A stretch of DNA of 50,147 bases from Nitrosopumilus sp. (lineage in GTDB: Archaea > Thermoproteota > Nitrososphaeria > Nitrososphaerales > Nitrosopumilaceae). Shown one piece after another: positions 39,107 through 50,147 of this stretch (its first letter is position 1; every line of letters starts with the position of its first letter). A model generated the notes under the pieces. It was not told where the DNA came from. It was given only the letters and a program-made list of their open reading frames with translations, and searched no databases. The translations under genes were made by a program, and so were the position numbers. The stretch spans positions 1 to 50,147 of the forward strand of contig JAOUNB010000001.1 in assembly GCA_029881195.1 (NCBI GenBank), given 5' to 3'.

Positions 39107-39490
39107 TTGGACCATGTATTTTATTTTAATGGAGATGCAAACAAAATTTCATGGTGTATTCAAACAAATAATTCAAAAATTAGACAAAATAGAACCCATG
39201 CAGAAATATACAAAAACAAAGTAACAAACATTCAATCAAAATACGTTGCTCTTCATGTAGGATTGTTTTGGGGAATTGGTGTTTTTATTATAAAGAATGA
39301 AGACAATGTGAAAATAATGTTTGATGAAAAAGAAATGTATGATCATTTTACAACAGATAGAAAAATCAAAGATGGATTCATGTTAGAAAAAATGAGATTT
39401 ATCAAACAATTGATAAAACAAAGAGAATTAAAAATTAAATTTCAAGAGATCAATCCAGATGAAAATTTAAGTCTGAAAAACACATTATAG
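39107..39490 (+). CDS. RNase H-like fold hypothetical protein
   Basis: TNIQSKYVALHVGL resembles the RNase HI TNNxAEYxAL helix, with catalytic residues apparently altered. Confidence 0.5.
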   Translation: MDHVFYFNGDANKISWCIQTNNSKIRQNRTHAEIYKNKVTNIQSKYVALHVGLFWGIGVFIIKNEDNVKIMFDEKEMYDHFTTDRKIKDGFMLEKMRFIKQLIKQRELKIKFQEINPDENLSLKNTL

Positions 39491-39732
39491 TAAGAAAATA
39501 AATTCAGAGAGAACCAATGGGCAAGTCATTCAATACTAATGAATAGTTAATTCTAACAAAACCGATCACCCAAAAATAAGATGAAATGCAATAGATCTTT
39601 AAAAAAATCATAATACCAATCATAAGTAAAAAGAAAAACAGATGTAGAGAAAAATCAAAAAATGAAAAAAGGCATTTTTTTAGACAAAAAACAATTAGAT
39701 TTATTTAGCTTATATCGATTTGGAGAATAATT

Positions 39733-40305
39733 ATGGCAAGTATAGATACAGCCGCAATTGGATTTTCTATCGCAATTGTAGCTATCGGTGTAGGATTTGC
39801 ATTCTACATGAGTGGAGTTCAAGATGCTGGTCCAGTTTCAACTTCCCCAACTATGGCAGCTGAAAAAGCTATGGCAGCTGAAAAAGCTATGGCAGCTGAA
39901 AAAGCTATGGCAGCTGAAAAAGCTATGGCAGCTGAAAAAGCTATGGCAGCTGAAAAAGCTATGGCAGCTGAAAAAGCTATGGCAGCTGAAAAGAAGGTAG
40001 GGCCAACAACACACACAGTGGATATTCCAGTAGGTACGTCAGTACCAGGATGTGAAGAATCTAATGAATGTTATTTACCAGCAGACATTACAATTAATGC
40101 TGGAGATACAGTGAATTGGATTAACATAGACACAGCAGCACACACAGTAACTGGTGGAAGTCCAGCAGATGGTCCATCAGGTGTATTCGATAGTAGTCTA
40201 GTCATGGCAAGTGCAGAATATGCATTTACGTTTAATGATGCAGGCAACTATGATTATTTCTGTATGGTTCATCCTTGGATGGTCGGTAGTGTTACAGTGA
40301 ACTAA
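39733..40305 (+). CDS. Membrane-anchored blue (type 1) copper protein
   Basis: N-terminal TM; AHTVT and YFCMVHPWM copper ligands. Confidence 0.92.
   Translation: MASIDTAAIGFSIAIVAIGVGFAFYMSGVQDAGPVSTSPTMAAEKAMAAEKAMAAEKAMAAEKAMAAEKAMAAEKAMAAEKAMAAEKKVGPTTHTVDIPVGTSVPGCEESNECYLPADITINAGDTVNWINIDTAAHTVTGGSPADGPSGVFDSSLVMASAEYAFTFNDAGNYDYFCMVHPWMVGSVTVN
39851..39992. repeat. 18-bp tandem repeat (7.9 copies) encoding MAAEKA
   Basis: CTATGGCAGCTGAAAAAG repeated exactly. Confidence 0.95.
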
Positions 40306-40325
40306 CCAAAAAAACTCCTTTTTTC

Positions 40326-41912
40326 TTATTTTATTTGATTTTTCCGTATTGTTCGATTATATGCCACACCAAATCTATGAGTTTCATCTCTAGCATATTG
40401 TAAAATTTTCAGAGATGGTTTCTCTTTAGAAATTACAACAGGATATTTGTTTTTTGGAACATAAACTTCTTCATTTTCTTTTGCTAAAGAAATACAGGGT
40501 AGTTTCAATCCCAATGACTCTAAGGAATTAATTGCAGCGTTGAGTTGACCTTTTCCACCATCAATAACTATCAAATCAGGTAACTGAGAATGTTCTTCTA
40601 GCAATCGATAATATCTTCGTTTGATAATTTCTCCAATCATTGCAAAATCATCTCTTCCAGAAACAGTTTTAATTTTGAATTTTCTGTATCCAGATTTGTT
40701 TGGTTTTCCATTTACAAACCTAGACATTGAGCCTACGGCAAAATCTACTCCATGATTAGAAATATCAAAGCATTCTATAATATTAGGAATTGTAGGTAAA
40801 TTGAGAATTTCTTTTAATTCAACTAGTCCAGGATCATCTCCTTTCAAATGAATTAATTGAATATTTTTTAAAATTAGGTTTATGATCTCTTGTCTTTTCC
40901 CCTTAGTTGGAGTAGAAATTTGCACATCAAATCCTGCTTGTTCTGAAAGTAAAGATTCCAATAACTCTTTATTTTTAGGAATCTCACTGACTAGAATGAA
41001 TTTAGGAATTTGGTGAGTAGAGTAATATTGAAAAAGGAAATTTGAAAAAGAATTATCAGCCACTAGATCAAAAAAGAACTTATCACTATCTCGAATCACG
41101 CCATTAATCATTCTAAAATTCATCACAATTGCAGATTGTTCTTGAATGCCAATTCCAAAGTATTCCTCATCAGATTTGTCAACATACTCCATTTTTTGCT
41201 TAGTTTGAAGACTATCAATTCGAATTAGAGTATCGCGAATATCTTTTGCTCGCTCAAATTGTTGGAGTTCTGCCGCTTGATGCATCTCTTCTTCAAGTTT
41301 TTTTGTGAAAATTTTCGTTTGGTTTTTACCCTTTAGAACATCTTCTAATGAGGAAACATATTTTGCATATCGTTCTTGCGCATCTTTGAATTCACAAGGT
41401 CCTTCACAATTTCCCAAGTGATATTCAAGACATACTTTTTTTGGTAAAGTTTTACAGATTCTAATTTGAAATGCTTTTCGCAAAATTCCAATAGTGAGCA
41501 ACTTTGAGCTGCCCTGAGTAAAGGGACCAAAAGTTTTTCCTTTACCCAAAAATTTTCCATCTCTAGTTCTTCTTGCAACTAGTAAGCGAGGATATTTTTC
41601 ATCAGAAATTCTAAGGTAGGTGTATCTTTGTTGATCTTTTAATTCAATATTGAATCTTGGACGGTATTTTTTAATCATATTTGACTCTAAGAGAAAAGCC
41701 TCACTTTCATTATCAGTTAAAACAAATTCAATGTCTGAAATTTTTTCTACTAGTTTTTGTGTCTTGTAGTTTTGATTTTGTGTAAAATATGATTTAACTC
41801 TGTTTTTCAAATTTTTTGCTTTACCAATATAGATTATTTTTTTATCAGAATCTTTCATCAGATAAATTCCAGGATTAGTGGGAATGTTAATTGTGGAAAT
41901 ATCAAAAGTCAT
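40326..41912 (-). CDS. uvrC: Excinuclease ABC subunit C
   Basis: GIY-YIG (PGIY...YIGKA), ECFDISN, IDGGKGQ, RDETHRF. Confidence 0.95.
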   Translation of the reverse strand: MTFDISTINIPTNPGIYLMKDSDKKIIYIGKAKNLKNRVKSYFTQNQNYKTQKLVEKISDIEFVLTDNESEAFLLESNMIKKYRPRFNIELKDQQRYTYLRISDEKYPRLLVARRTRDGKFLGKGKTFGPFTQGSSKLLTIGILRKAFQIRICKTLPKKVCLEYHLGNCEGPCEFKDAQERYAKYVSSLEDVLKGKNQTKIFTKKLEEEMHQAAELQQFERAKDIRDTLIRIDSLQTKQKMEYVDKSDEEYFGIGIQEQSAIVMNFRMINGVIRDSDKFFFDLVADNSFSNFLFQYYSTHQIPKFILVSEIPKNKELLESLLSEQAGFDVQISTPTKGKRQEIINLILKNIQLIHLKGDDPGLVELKEILNLPTIPNIIECFDISNHGVDFAVGSMSRFVNGKPNKSGYRKFKIKTVSGRDDFAMIGEIIKRRYYRLLEEHSQLPDLIVIDGGKGQLNAAINSLESLGLKLPCISLAKENEEVYVPKNKYPVVISKEKPSLKILQYARDETHRFGVAYNRTIRKNQIK

Positions 41913-44728
41913 TTTTTTAATAATCTCTTCAAAAACTTTCCAGTATAACTTCCGGGCGCTTTTGATACATCCAGAGGTGTACCTGTAGCTACAATTTTAC
42001 CACCTTCATCTCCTCCTTCAGGCCCAAGATCAATTATCCAGTCTGAATTTTTGATTACATCCATATTATGCTCAATTACTACAACAGTATTTCCCAAGTT
42101 TACCAATCTGTTAAGAACATCAAGTAATTTTTGAACATCTGCAAAATGCAATCCCGTGGTTGGTTCATCTAAAATATAAAGAGTTTTTCCAGTACCACGT
42201 TTAGATAATTCAGATGCAAGTTTAACTCTTTGAGCTTCGCCACCAGAAAGAGTGGTTGATGACTGTCCTAGCTTGATATAGCCCAATCCAACATCATACA
42301 CTGTTTGCAATTTTCGTTTAATTGAAGGAACATTTTCAAAGAAATTTAATGCTTCATAAACAGTCATATCTAAAATATCTGAAATATTTTTACCCTTGAA
42401 TAACACAGATAACGTTTCACTGTTGTATCGTTTTCCTTTACATTCATCGCATTTTACATAAACATCAGATAAAAATTGCATTTCAATTTGTTTGACACCA
42501 TCCCCATCACATGCAAAACATCTACCATCTGCAACATTAAATGAAAATTGTCCAGGTGCATAGCCACGTTCTTTTGACAATGCTGTATTTGCATATAGTT
42601 CTCTAATTGGAGTAAATGCGCCGATATATGTTGCAGGATTTGAACGTGGTGTTCTTCCAATCGGAGATTGATCAATTGCAATAACTTTATCGATATTTTC
42701 TAAACCAGTGATCTCTTTGTGATTACCTGGTCTGACATTTGTTTTATAAAAATGACTTTCCAAAGATTTAAGCAAGACATCATTAATTAAAGTAGATTTT
42801 CCAGAACCTGAAACCCCAGTTATAGATACAAAAAGGCCCAATGGAATCTCAACATCGATATCTTTAAGATTGTTTTCCGATGCTTTTTTTATAATTAATG
42901 AGCCAGATCTGTTGCGAATTTTGTTTTGTAAGGATATCAAAGAGCTATCCTTTAGATATGCACCTGTAACAGAATCACTTCCGTTAAGAATTTTATTCAC
43001 GGTTCCTTCAAAAATTACGTTTCCCCCATGAACACCAGCACCAGGACCTAAATCCAATATCCAGTCTGAATTTCGTATAACTTCTTCGTCATGCTCTACA
43101 ACTATAACAGAATTTCCAAGATTTCGTAGCTTGTGTAGCGTTTTAATGAGTCTAGCATTGTCACGTTGATGCAATCCAATTGTCGGTTCATCAAGAACAT
43201 ACAAGACGCCAGTCAGGTTAGAACCAATTTGGGTAGCCAATCGAATTCTTTGAGATTCACCTCCAGATAGAGTGGAGCTTAACCTGTTTAATGATAAATA
43301 ATTTAATCCTACGTTCATTAAAAATTCTAGACGTTCTTTGATTTCTTTTAGAACATCTTTGGCAATGTATTGTTCATTTTCAGTTAATTTTAGAGTAGAG
43401 AAGAAATCATAACAATGATCAATAGACATGTTGCAAACATCCATAATTCCTTGCTCATTGATTTTTACTGCAAGGGATTCAGGTTTTAATTTTTTACCGT
43501 TACATGTAGTACATGGAGTATCACGCATAAATTGTTTTAACCATTCTCGTTTTGATTCAGAATCAGTTTCCATGAATACTCTTTGAAGATTCACAAGAAC
43601 ACCTTCAAACGCATCAGTATACTGCCAAGATGAGTCCCCAGATTTTGAACGATATTTAAAATCAATTAAATCAGATGTCCCATGTAAAATAATATCAAAA
43701 TGTTTTGGTTTAATTTTTTCCAAAGGCGTCATCAAATCAAAACCAAATTTCATTCCAACAGCTCTTAGTGCTTGCCTTCTAAATGATGAAAATCTTCCAC
43801 TCCATGGGACAATTGCTCCATCTAAAATGGATTTTGACTTGTCGGGAATTACTAAATCAGCATCAAATTCCATCTTTACTCCCAAGCCATTACAAGTTTT
43901 ACACATGCCAAATGGTGAATTAAAGGAGAATGAACGTGGTTCTAATTCACCAACTGTTAATCCACAATAGGGACATGCATTATTTTGGGAGAAGATTTTT
44001 TCAGCATTATCAGTTGCAATCATTACGTCCCCCTTTGATGCTTTTATTGCGGTCTGAATTGCCTCAAAGATTCTAGATCTCTCAGATTTTTCAGTAGTAA
44101 TTCTATCAACTATAATCTCAATATTGTGCCATTTTTGACGATCAAGTGGTGGAATCTCACCATCCAGGCTCAAAATCTCCCCATTTAGGCGTATTCTAGA
44201 ATAGCCGTCCTTTTTGATTTGCTCAAATAGTTTCTCATATGTTCCTTTTTTCCTTTGTATGATAGGGGCCAAAATCAGGATCTTTTTTCCTGAGAAATCT
44301 TTCAGTACAGAATCACATATTCTTTCAACTGATTGTGATGATACCTTTCTGCCACAATTAGTACAATACGGAATTCCAATTCGTGCATAAAGTAATCTCA
44401 TATAATCATAAATTTCAGTTGTTGTACCTACAGTAGAGCGAGGGTTTTTACTAGTAGTTTTTTGTTGAATGGAAATTGCCGGAGAAAGTCCCTCAATAGA
44501 ATCAACATCAGGCTTGTCCATCATTTCTAGGAATTGTCGTGCATATGCAGAAAGAGATTCAACATATCGTCTTTGTCCCTCTGCATAAATTGTGTCAAAA
44601 GCCAATGTGGATTTTCCAGATCCTGATAATCCACTAATTACAACAAGTTTATTTTTTGGAATATCAACATCTAAATTCTTTAGATTGTGATGTCGAGCTC
44701 CACGAATTTTTAATTTATTTTTTGTCAT
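41909..44728 (-). CDS. uvrA: Excinuclease ABC subunit A
   Basis: Two Walker A ([16 protein letters not shown]), LSGGE motifs, zinc fingers. Confidence 0.97.
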   Translation of the reverse strand: MTKNKLKIRGARHHNLKNLDVDIPKNKLVVISGLSGSGKSTLAFDTIYAEGQRRYVESLSAYARQFLEMMDKPDVDSIEGLSPAISIQQKTTSKNPRSTVGTTTEIYDYMRLLYARIGIPYCTNCGRKVSSQSVERICDSVLKDFSGKKILILAPIIQRKKGTYEKLFEQIKKDGYSRIRLNGEILSLDGEIPPLDRQKWHNIEIIVDRITTEKSERSRIFEAIQTAIKASKGDVMIATDNAEKIFSQNNACPYCGLTVGELEPRSFSFNSPFGMCKTCNGLGVKMEFDADLVIPDKSKSILDGAIVPWSGRFSSFRRQALRAVGMKFGFDLMTPLEKIKPKHFDIILHGTSDLIDFKYRSKSGDSSWQYTDAFEGVLVNLQRVFMETDSESKREWLKQFMRDTPCTTCNGKKLKPESLAVKINEQGIMDVCNMSIDHCYDFFSTLKLTENEQYIAKDVLKEIKERLEFLMNVGLNYLSLNRLSSTLSGGESQRIRLATQIGSNLTGVLYVLDEPTIGLHQRDNARLIKTLHKLRNLGNSVIVVEHDEEVIRNSDWILDLGPGAGVHGGNVIFEGTVNKILNGSDSVTGAYLKDSSLISLQNKIRNRSGSLIIKKASENNLKDIDVEIPLGLFVSITGVSGSGKSTLINDVLLKSLESHFYKTNVRPGNHKEITGLENIDKVIAIDQSPIGRTPRSNPATYIGAFTPIRELYANTALSKERGYAPGQFSFNVADGRCFACDGDGVKQIEMQFLSDVYVKCDECKGKRYNSETLSVLFKGKNISDILDMTVYEALNFFENVPSIKRKLQTVYDVGLGYIKLGQSSTTLSGGEAQRVKLASELSKRGTGKTLYILDEPTTGLHFADVQKLLDVLNRLVNLGNTVVVIEHNMDVIKNSDWIIDLGPEGGDEGGKIVATGTPLDVSKAPGSYTGKFLKRLLKK

Positions 44729-46670
44729 CTTTGAATTGAATCTCCTTTTCTAGTCTTTTTATTCTATCTCTGCATTCGATTGCACGCTCAAAGTCCAAGT
44801 CTTCAGAATATTTCTTCATTTGAGATTCCAAATCAATAATATCATTATTTAGATCATGTGTGGATTTTAATTTAGATTCATCTAATGTAGTTTCTTGTTC
44901 TGGCACTGATTTTCGGATAGTTTTAGGTGTGATATTATGTTCAATGTTGTATTGAATTTGTTTTTCTCTTCTACGTTTTGTTTCATTCATTGCATTTATC
45001 ATAGACTGGGTATTGTTATCAGCATACATTATCACAGTCCCATTCTCATTTCTTGCTGCACGGCCACATGTCTGAATTAAACTGGTAAAATTTCTCAAGA
45101 ATCCTTCTTTATCTGCATCCAAAATTGCTACTAGTGATACCTCAGGAATATCTAATCCTTCTCGAAGCAGATTGATTCCAACAAGAACATCAAATTCTCC
45201 AAGTCGTAATTGCCGAATCAATTCAGTTCTTTGCAATCCTTCAATTTCAGAATGCATATATCTTACACGGACTTGTTTTTTGGAAAGATATTCTGCCAAA
45301 TCCTCTGCCATTCTTTTAGTAAGTGTAGTTACCAAAACACGCTCAGATTGGGCTATCCTTTTGTTGATTTCATTGATTAAATCATCCATTTGTTCTTGGG
45401 TGGGTCTAATTTCTACTATTGGATCCAGCAGACCAGTAGGCCTTACAAGCTGCTCGGCAATTTTTGAGGAGATTTTTTTCTCGTAATCAGAAGGAGTTGC
45501 AGATACAAATATTGTATTTTTTATATATACTTCAAATTCCTCAAATTTTAATGGCCTGTTATCATATGCACTTGGTAGTCTAAATCCATAAGTTACCAGT
45601 TCTTTTTTTCTTGAACGATCACCTTTGTACATCCCATGAAGTTGAGGTAAGGTTACATGAGATTCATCAATTACCAAAAGATAGTCATCTCCAAAAAAAT
45701 CCATCAAGCAAAATGCTTTTTCTCCAGCTGATCTTCCATCAAAATGGCGAGAATAATTTTCAATTCCAGAACAATACCCCAATTCCTCAATCATTTCCAA
45801 ATCATATTTTGTTCGCATTTCAAGCCTTTGTTTTTCTAGTTCATTTAATTCAGGCAGTCGTTTTTGTAATTCTTTTTTAATTGAATTGACAGCTTTTTCG
45901 CGAACATCTTTAGCGATAAGATAGTGCTTTGCAGGAAAAATCTTCATCTGAGAAACTTTCTTTTTTTCTTTTAAAGAAACATGATCAAGTAATGTGATTT
46001 TTTCTATTTCATCGCCAAATAGAGAAATTCTTACTAGATCCTCAGAATATGCAGGAGTGACATCAATGGTGTCACCTTTCACTCTAAAGTTTCCTGGTGC
46101 AACTTCAGTATCATTTCTCTCATATCTTGCATCAATGAATTTTCTAATTATCTCGGTTCGTTTAATTTCATCCCCAGCCTTTATCGTAATTGCCAAGTCC
46201 TCCCAGTCCTTTGGGTTTCCCAGAGAGTAAATGCATGAAACAGTAGAGACAATTATAGTAGGCTCTCCCGATAAAAGCATTGCAGTTGCCTCTAGTCTTA
46301 ATTTTTCAATTTTTTCATTAATTTGAGTGTCTTTTTCAATATAGGTATCAGTTTGAGGAAGATAGCTTTCTGGCTGGTAATAATCATAATATGAAACAAA
46401 ATAACCCACATTGTTTTTTGGAAAGAATTGCTTTAGTTCTGAGTAAAGTTGAGCAGCCAAAGTTTTGTTGTGAGAAATTACAAGTGTGTTCTTTCCGGTT
46501 CTTGCAATTACATTTGCAATAGAGAAAGTCTTTCCACTTCCTGTAACTCCAAGTAATGTTTGGACTGACTTTTTCTTTACCCCTTCAACTAGAGCATCAA
46601 TTGCTTGAGGCTGATCCCCTGTAGGAAAATAGTCAGATACCAATTCAAATCCAGATGTTTGCTCCAACAT
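44715..46670 (-). CDS. uvrB: Excinuclease ABC subunit B
   Basis: GVTGSGKT, YYDYYQPESY, DESH, GRAARN; ATG at 46670 preferred. Confidence 0.97.
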   Translation of the reverse strand: MLEQTSGFELVSDYFPTGDQPQAIDALVEGVKKKSVQTLLGVTGSGKTFSIANVIARTGKNTLVISHNKTLAAQLYSELKQFFPKNNVGYFVSYYDYYQPESYLPQTDTYIEKDTQINEKIEKLRLEATAMLLSGEPTIIVSTVSCIYSLGNPKDWEDLAITIKAGDEIKRTEIIRKFIDARYERNDTEVAPGNFRVKGDTIDVTPAYSEDLVRISLFGDEIEKITLLDHVSLKEKKKVSQMKIFPAKHYLIAKDVREKAVNSIKKELQKRLPELNELEKQRLEMRTKYDLEMIEELGYCSGIENYSRHFDGRSAGEKAFCLMDFFGDDYLLVIDESHVTLPQLHGMYKGDRSRKKELVTYGFRLPSAYDNRPLKFEEFEVYIKNTIFVSATPSDYEKKISSKIAEQLVRPTGLLDPIVEIRPTQEQMDDLINEINKRIAQSERVLVTTLTKRMAEDLAEYLSKKQVRVRYMHSEIEGLQRTELIRQLRLGEFDVLVGINLLREGLDIPEVSLVAILDADKEGFLRNFTSLIQTCGRAARNENGTVIMYADNNTQSMINAMNETKRRREKQIQYNIEHNITPKTIRKSVPEQETTLDESKLKSTHDLNNDIIDLESQMKKYSEDLDFERAIECRDRIKRLEKEIQFKDDKK

Positions 46671-47018
46671 CCACAATCCTCGAAAACTGAACTTATAGCT
46701 AACGTTTCTTAATTGAAAACCAAAGGTGAACAAAAAAATAATGCATGATCACAATCATACAAAGTTAAAAAATAATTTTTAAAATCAGTTTAATTGTTAT
46801 GTGTGAAAACACCATATTTAGTATTTTTTCTAGAAAAATTCAAAAATTTCTTGGTATGACCTTGATGGTCAAATAATTAACGAGCCTAAATATTCAGAGA
46901 ACAATTTATAAAAAAGATAGATTTCAGTCTGAGATGCATCTAGAAACATGTTGGGAAACATACACTTGAAAGGATTTAACGATAAACCAATTTTGTAGAT
47001 AATGTTTTCATACAGATT

Positions 47019-47048
47019 AGGTTCAAATTTGACTGGGAGCACAACATG
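47019..47048 (+). repeat. Second, inverted copy of the tRNA-3'-like casposon flank
   Basis: AGGTTCAAATTTGACTGGGAGCACAACATG is the exact reverse complement of 12955-12984. Confidence 0.9.
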
Positions 47049-47186
47049 CATGGGATTATAGTTAGTGGCTATAATTTAGCATCCATGTGGAACTCAATTG
47101 TTGAATTTTTTTAGATCCGAAATGTTGTCTCAATTATACAGTACTAAGATACACTTTTGACGATAAATTTGGGTGTAAGTAGATGA

Positions 47187-47696
47187 TTATTTCAAAACGT
47201 TGTAATGCAAATCAACTAATTGTTCATATTTTACAGTTTTAACAAGTTCAAGTTTTGTCTCATTTTCTATGTTTTTGAAGAGAGGTATTCCTTTGCCTAA
47301 AAGAATCGGAATCACAGATATGATTATCTCATCTACAGCCCCTTGATTAAGAAAAGATGCAATAATTTGTGTTCCTCCAACCAACCAAATGTTTTCTCCT
47401 GCTCCAGGAAAACCATCTTTTACAAATTTTTCAACATCAGACACAAATTCAGTATTTTCATCTTTATTTTGAGTAGAACTTCTAGTAAAAACAAATGATT
47501 TTTTATCTTTGTATGGATATTCTCCAAAAGTTAGTACTTGGTCATATGTGGTTTTACCCATAATCACGGTATCTATTGAGTTGTAAAATGCATCATATCC
47601 AGATTCAGCAGTTTCTGGCAGCCAATCAATTCCACCATTTTCTCTCGCTATGTATCCATCCAAGCTTGATGCGATGTACAATAGAACTTTTGTCAC
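47187..47696 (-). CDS. Dihydrofolate reductase/RibD C-terminal family protein
   Basis: IASSLDGYIA, IMGKTTY, IWLVGG, PILLGKGIPLF. Confidence 0.9.
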   Translation of the reverse strand: MTKVLLYIASSLDGYIARENGGIDWLPETAESGYDAFYNSIDTVIMGKTTYDQVLTFGEYPYKDKKSFVFTRSSTQNKDENTEFVSDVEKFVKDGFPGAGENIWLVGGTQIIASFLNQGAVDEIIISVIPILLGKGIPLFKNIENETKLELVKTVKYEQLVDLHYNVLK

Positions 47697-47765
47697 AAGA
47701 GTTGTAATTATTTCAGAGTTATAATGTTAGATTCAACTCAAGATTTTACATTTTCATGGATTGGT

Positions 47766-48212
47766 TCAAGGATTACTCAAAGTATTAATTGTTGCTTGTT
47801 GTCTATGCGCAAAGATTTTTTCAAGTTTATCTAAGGCATACCATTCAAACATTTTTCCAATAAACCCATACTGTAGTTCAAATTCAATCTCATCTGTTAC
47901 CTTGGTCTGATTTTCGTTTATCTTATGAAAAACATGAGTGTGCTTCCAGCGTTTGAACAGCGCATTGCTCATTTCATCGACATATGTATATGGCTTGCAG
48001 GCAGTAATCTTGGTTTTCCAGGTCATTCTGGTAAGTAACTTGCTTGAAAAATGGGCAGTTTGTCCCAGTGTTATTTTATCACTGCTTGATTCAATTATCT
48101 TCAAATCCAATCTTTTAGGAGTGATTACTTCTAAATGGTGTAAATCAGTATAGAAACTCCATACCTTGTCAATTGGTACATCTACAACAAAAGAGTGGCG
48201 AAAGGTTTTCAA
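47766..48212 (-). CDS. SRPBCC family protein
   Basis: PIDKVWSF...ITP...WKHTHVF...TKVTDEI. Confidence 0.85.
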   Translation of the reverse strand: MKTFRHSFVVDVPIDKVWSFYTDLHHLEVITPKRLDLKIIESSSDKITLGQTAHFSSKLLTRMTWKTKITACKPYTYVDEMSNALFKRWKHTHVFHKINENQTKVTDEIEFELQYGFIGKMFEWYALDKLEKIFAHRQQATINTLSNP

Positions 48213-48356
48213 TGTATTGAAATATGATGTTTGTAATATATCTCCATAAGACAGCGTCTTAAGATAAGATCTAATTTGGCCTTTGCGAGATTTTACACTA
48301 TTTTTAATTCAAATGAATATTGAGTTAATTATTGATTTTACAATAGACAGAAATTC

Positions 48357-49313
48357 CTAACGCCAGTCATCAATGACGTAGATATTAGCAACATTATATG
48401 CATCATTATTTGGTTGGTGCAACGACACACCTAGAAAATCAATGGAAAAGTTTTGGTCTAGCATAGATTGGTATGCATTATATCGACCAATACTGGTTCC
48501 TGCTACCAAAGTGGAAAGTCTTTTTGAAACGGCAAACTCTTGGCATGCATTCAAAAGATTCCTGAAATTGCTTTGTGAGTATGAATTAGTTTTGACTGCA
48601 CCAAACTTTACGTAACACTTGTCATCTCCAGCCTCGGTGTTGATTCCACAATGGCACATTGCAAATCCTACAATCTCTTTACTTTCATCAATGAGGATGA
48701 CAGTATCTCCAAGGTCCATCTTATCTACTGCCTTTATTTCTAATTGCAAGTCAAGATTAGGATAAACTGTATTTGTGACTTGTTTGCATTCATCAAGATA
48801 CTTGTCCTGACTTACCTTGGACTCTGAGTATCTTGTCCAAGTGTATTTAGAATTTGAAGGAATGGATTTGGGTTCTATCTTCTTTGACATTACTGGAATC
48901 AAAAATCTTGGATGATACCCAAACTTTCTGTACAAGTTGATATGTTTTGGACTATTTGCAAATGTCATGGCTCCAGAATGAGTCACACACCATTTCTCAA
49001 AACATCTTACTACAGATTCCATTAGCTTACTGCCTACACCCTTATCCCAATAATCGGGATGGATAGTAAGGGGACCAAATATGCCAACACTTCCCCAATG
49101 AAGCCCAAAATTAGAACCTATAATTTTGTCATTCAGTTCTGCTACAAATGATGCAGAAGGATCTGCATGATAACGCGGATAAGCATACCTTGAATTTGCA
49201 CGATAATTTTCAGGGTCTTCAATGCCTCTGAATGTACCAAAGGCTAATCGAATTATTTTGTCTGCTTCTTGTATGTCCTCTTCTGTCATATGACGAATCA
49301 TAACATCATCCAT
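48357..49313 (-). CDS. GNAT family N-acetyltransferase
   Basis: IRHMTEEDI, HPDYWDKGVGSKLM, LYRKFGY. Confidence 0.88.
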   Translation of the reverse strand: MDDVMIRHMTEEDIQEADKIIRLAFGTFRGIEDPENYRANSRYAYPRYHADPSASFVAELNDKIIGSNFGLHWGSVGIFGPLTIHPDYWDKGVGSKLMESVVRCFEKWCVTHSGAMTFANSPKHINLYRKFGYHPRFLIPVMSKKIEPKSIPSNSKYTWTRYSESKVSQDKYLDECKQVTNTVYPNLDLQLEIKAVDKMDLGDTVILIDESKEIVGFAMCHCGINTEAGDDKCYVKFGAVKTNSYSQSNFRNLLNACQEFAVSKRLSTLVAGTSIGRYNAYQSMLDQNFSIDFLGVSLHQPNNDAYNVANIYVIDDWR

Positions 49314-49453
49314 TTACTATCAATAATTCAAATGGGCTGGAATATCTATTCATTGTGTATAATACTATTATTTACAATTCTTGAGACAATACACGAAAAA
49401 ATTTGAATTTAGAGTTTTTTAGTTGAGGCTATGATTGTGCACTAATCTAAGAA

Positions 49454-49645
49454 TTAATTTATTCTAATACCATTTGCCTCTAGCCATTTTACTGCTTGTT
49501 CATATTCAGGCATTTGTTTTCCTATCAGATTCCAAAAACGTGGGGAATGTTCTTTGATTTTAAAATGACATAACTCATGAAGAATGACATACTTGATAAC
49601 CATCCTAGGTGCTTTCATCAGATTATGATTAAGATTGATTATAGT
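49454..49645 (-). pseudogene. Remnant of a YgjP/DUF45 metallohydrolase
   Basis: Manual translation INLNHNLMKAPRMVIKYVILHELCHFKIKEHSPRFW...; upstream frame interrupted by stops. Confidence 0.7.
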
Positions 49646-49858
49646 GTAAATTCAATTCTATTTTTTATGATTTTCAATCATACAAATATTCAATCTTGTC
49701 ATATTCATCCTTCTGATATGAGTTGTTCTGATCGTAATCCTTTTTATAAGATTTACAAAAATATCTACAAAACTATGAAACTTTCGAAAAGTTTGCTGAA
49801 TTGATAGTTATTACTCCGAATTGATAAAAAAATAAAGTATTGAGAAAACAATATCAAA

Positions 49859-50147
49859 TTACCAAATGGGTTCATCAATCATTCTTAAGCCATTGGGGGT
49901 TTCTTCAAAACCCATAATTTTCAGAGTTTGTTTAGATGTTGGAGAGTTTTTTTTCAAGATATTTTTTGCAAGTTCCATTCTATCTTCAGGCTTCAAGTGT
50001 TGTCCAATTTTGTATTTACCATGAATAGTTTGAGGAACAACCTTGATTATGCTAACAGCATCTAACACTCGCATATTTGATTCAATTGGATCATATTGTC
50101 CTTCAGGCTGGTATTTTTTCATCAATCCATTAAGTGCAAGTGTTTTT
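49859..50147 (-). CDS. FMN-binding split-barrel (pyridoxamine 5'-phosphate oxidase-like) protein, 5' end outside window
   Basis: LNGLMKKYQPEG...IHGKYKIGQ; frame open to the window edge. Confidence 0.65.
   Translation of the reverse strand, partial: KTLALNGLMKKYQPEGQYDPIESNMRVLDAVSIIKVVPQTIHGKYKIGQHLKPEDRMELAKNILKKNSPTSKQTLKIMGFEETPNGLRMIDEPIW

Noticed and set aside
39812-40016. Alternative-frame ORFs (LKKLWQ)n and (AAIAFS)n
   Set aside because: By-products of the 18-bp repeat in the copper protein gene
46869-47051. 60-aa minus-strand ORF over the second target copy
   Set aside because: No recognisable features; probably a chance ORF in intergenic DNA
47019-47095. Permuted or split tRNA (3' half followed by D-arm-like TAGTTAGTGGCTATAAT)
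   Set aside because: Putative acceptor strands GGGATTA and TGGGAGC do not pair, and there is no anticodon stem
1560-48153. Numerous 60-105 aa ORFs nested in or antisense to long genes
   Set aside because: Shadow ORFs without motifs, overlapping well-supported genes
49577-49804. 75-aa + strand ORF
   Set aside because: Antisense shadow of the YgjP-like remnant

Overview
AT-rich archaeal DNA from a Nitrosopumilus-like ammonia-oxidising thaumarchaeon, judged from the PEFG-CTERM protein, CdvB/CdvC, small blue-copper protein and gene order. Positions 1-12951 are most of a casposon: HTH-tailed Cas1 casposase, wHTH, AbrB-like, HTH and HNH proteins and a family B polymerase. Its cargo is a 14-repeat NHL-like beta-propeller, an RHH regulator, a radical SAM enzyme, a membrane protein and a TPR protein. 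The right end (CCCC, 12948-12951) abuts a tRNA-3'-end-like target sequence that recurs, inverted, at 47019-47048. The left end lies outside the window, beyond a perfect 43-bp tandem repeat. The rest is mostly core genome (ilv/leu, carAB, cdv, gltA, uvrBAC) with two small decayed patches. The most striking observation is a 21-nt, stop-containing insertion in carB (25716-25736) that folds into a bulge-helix-bulge-type splice motif whose predicted cuts exactly restore the conserved GEFDYSG motif. This is a candidate mRNA intron, in an operon where both genes also appear to use non-canonical start codons.
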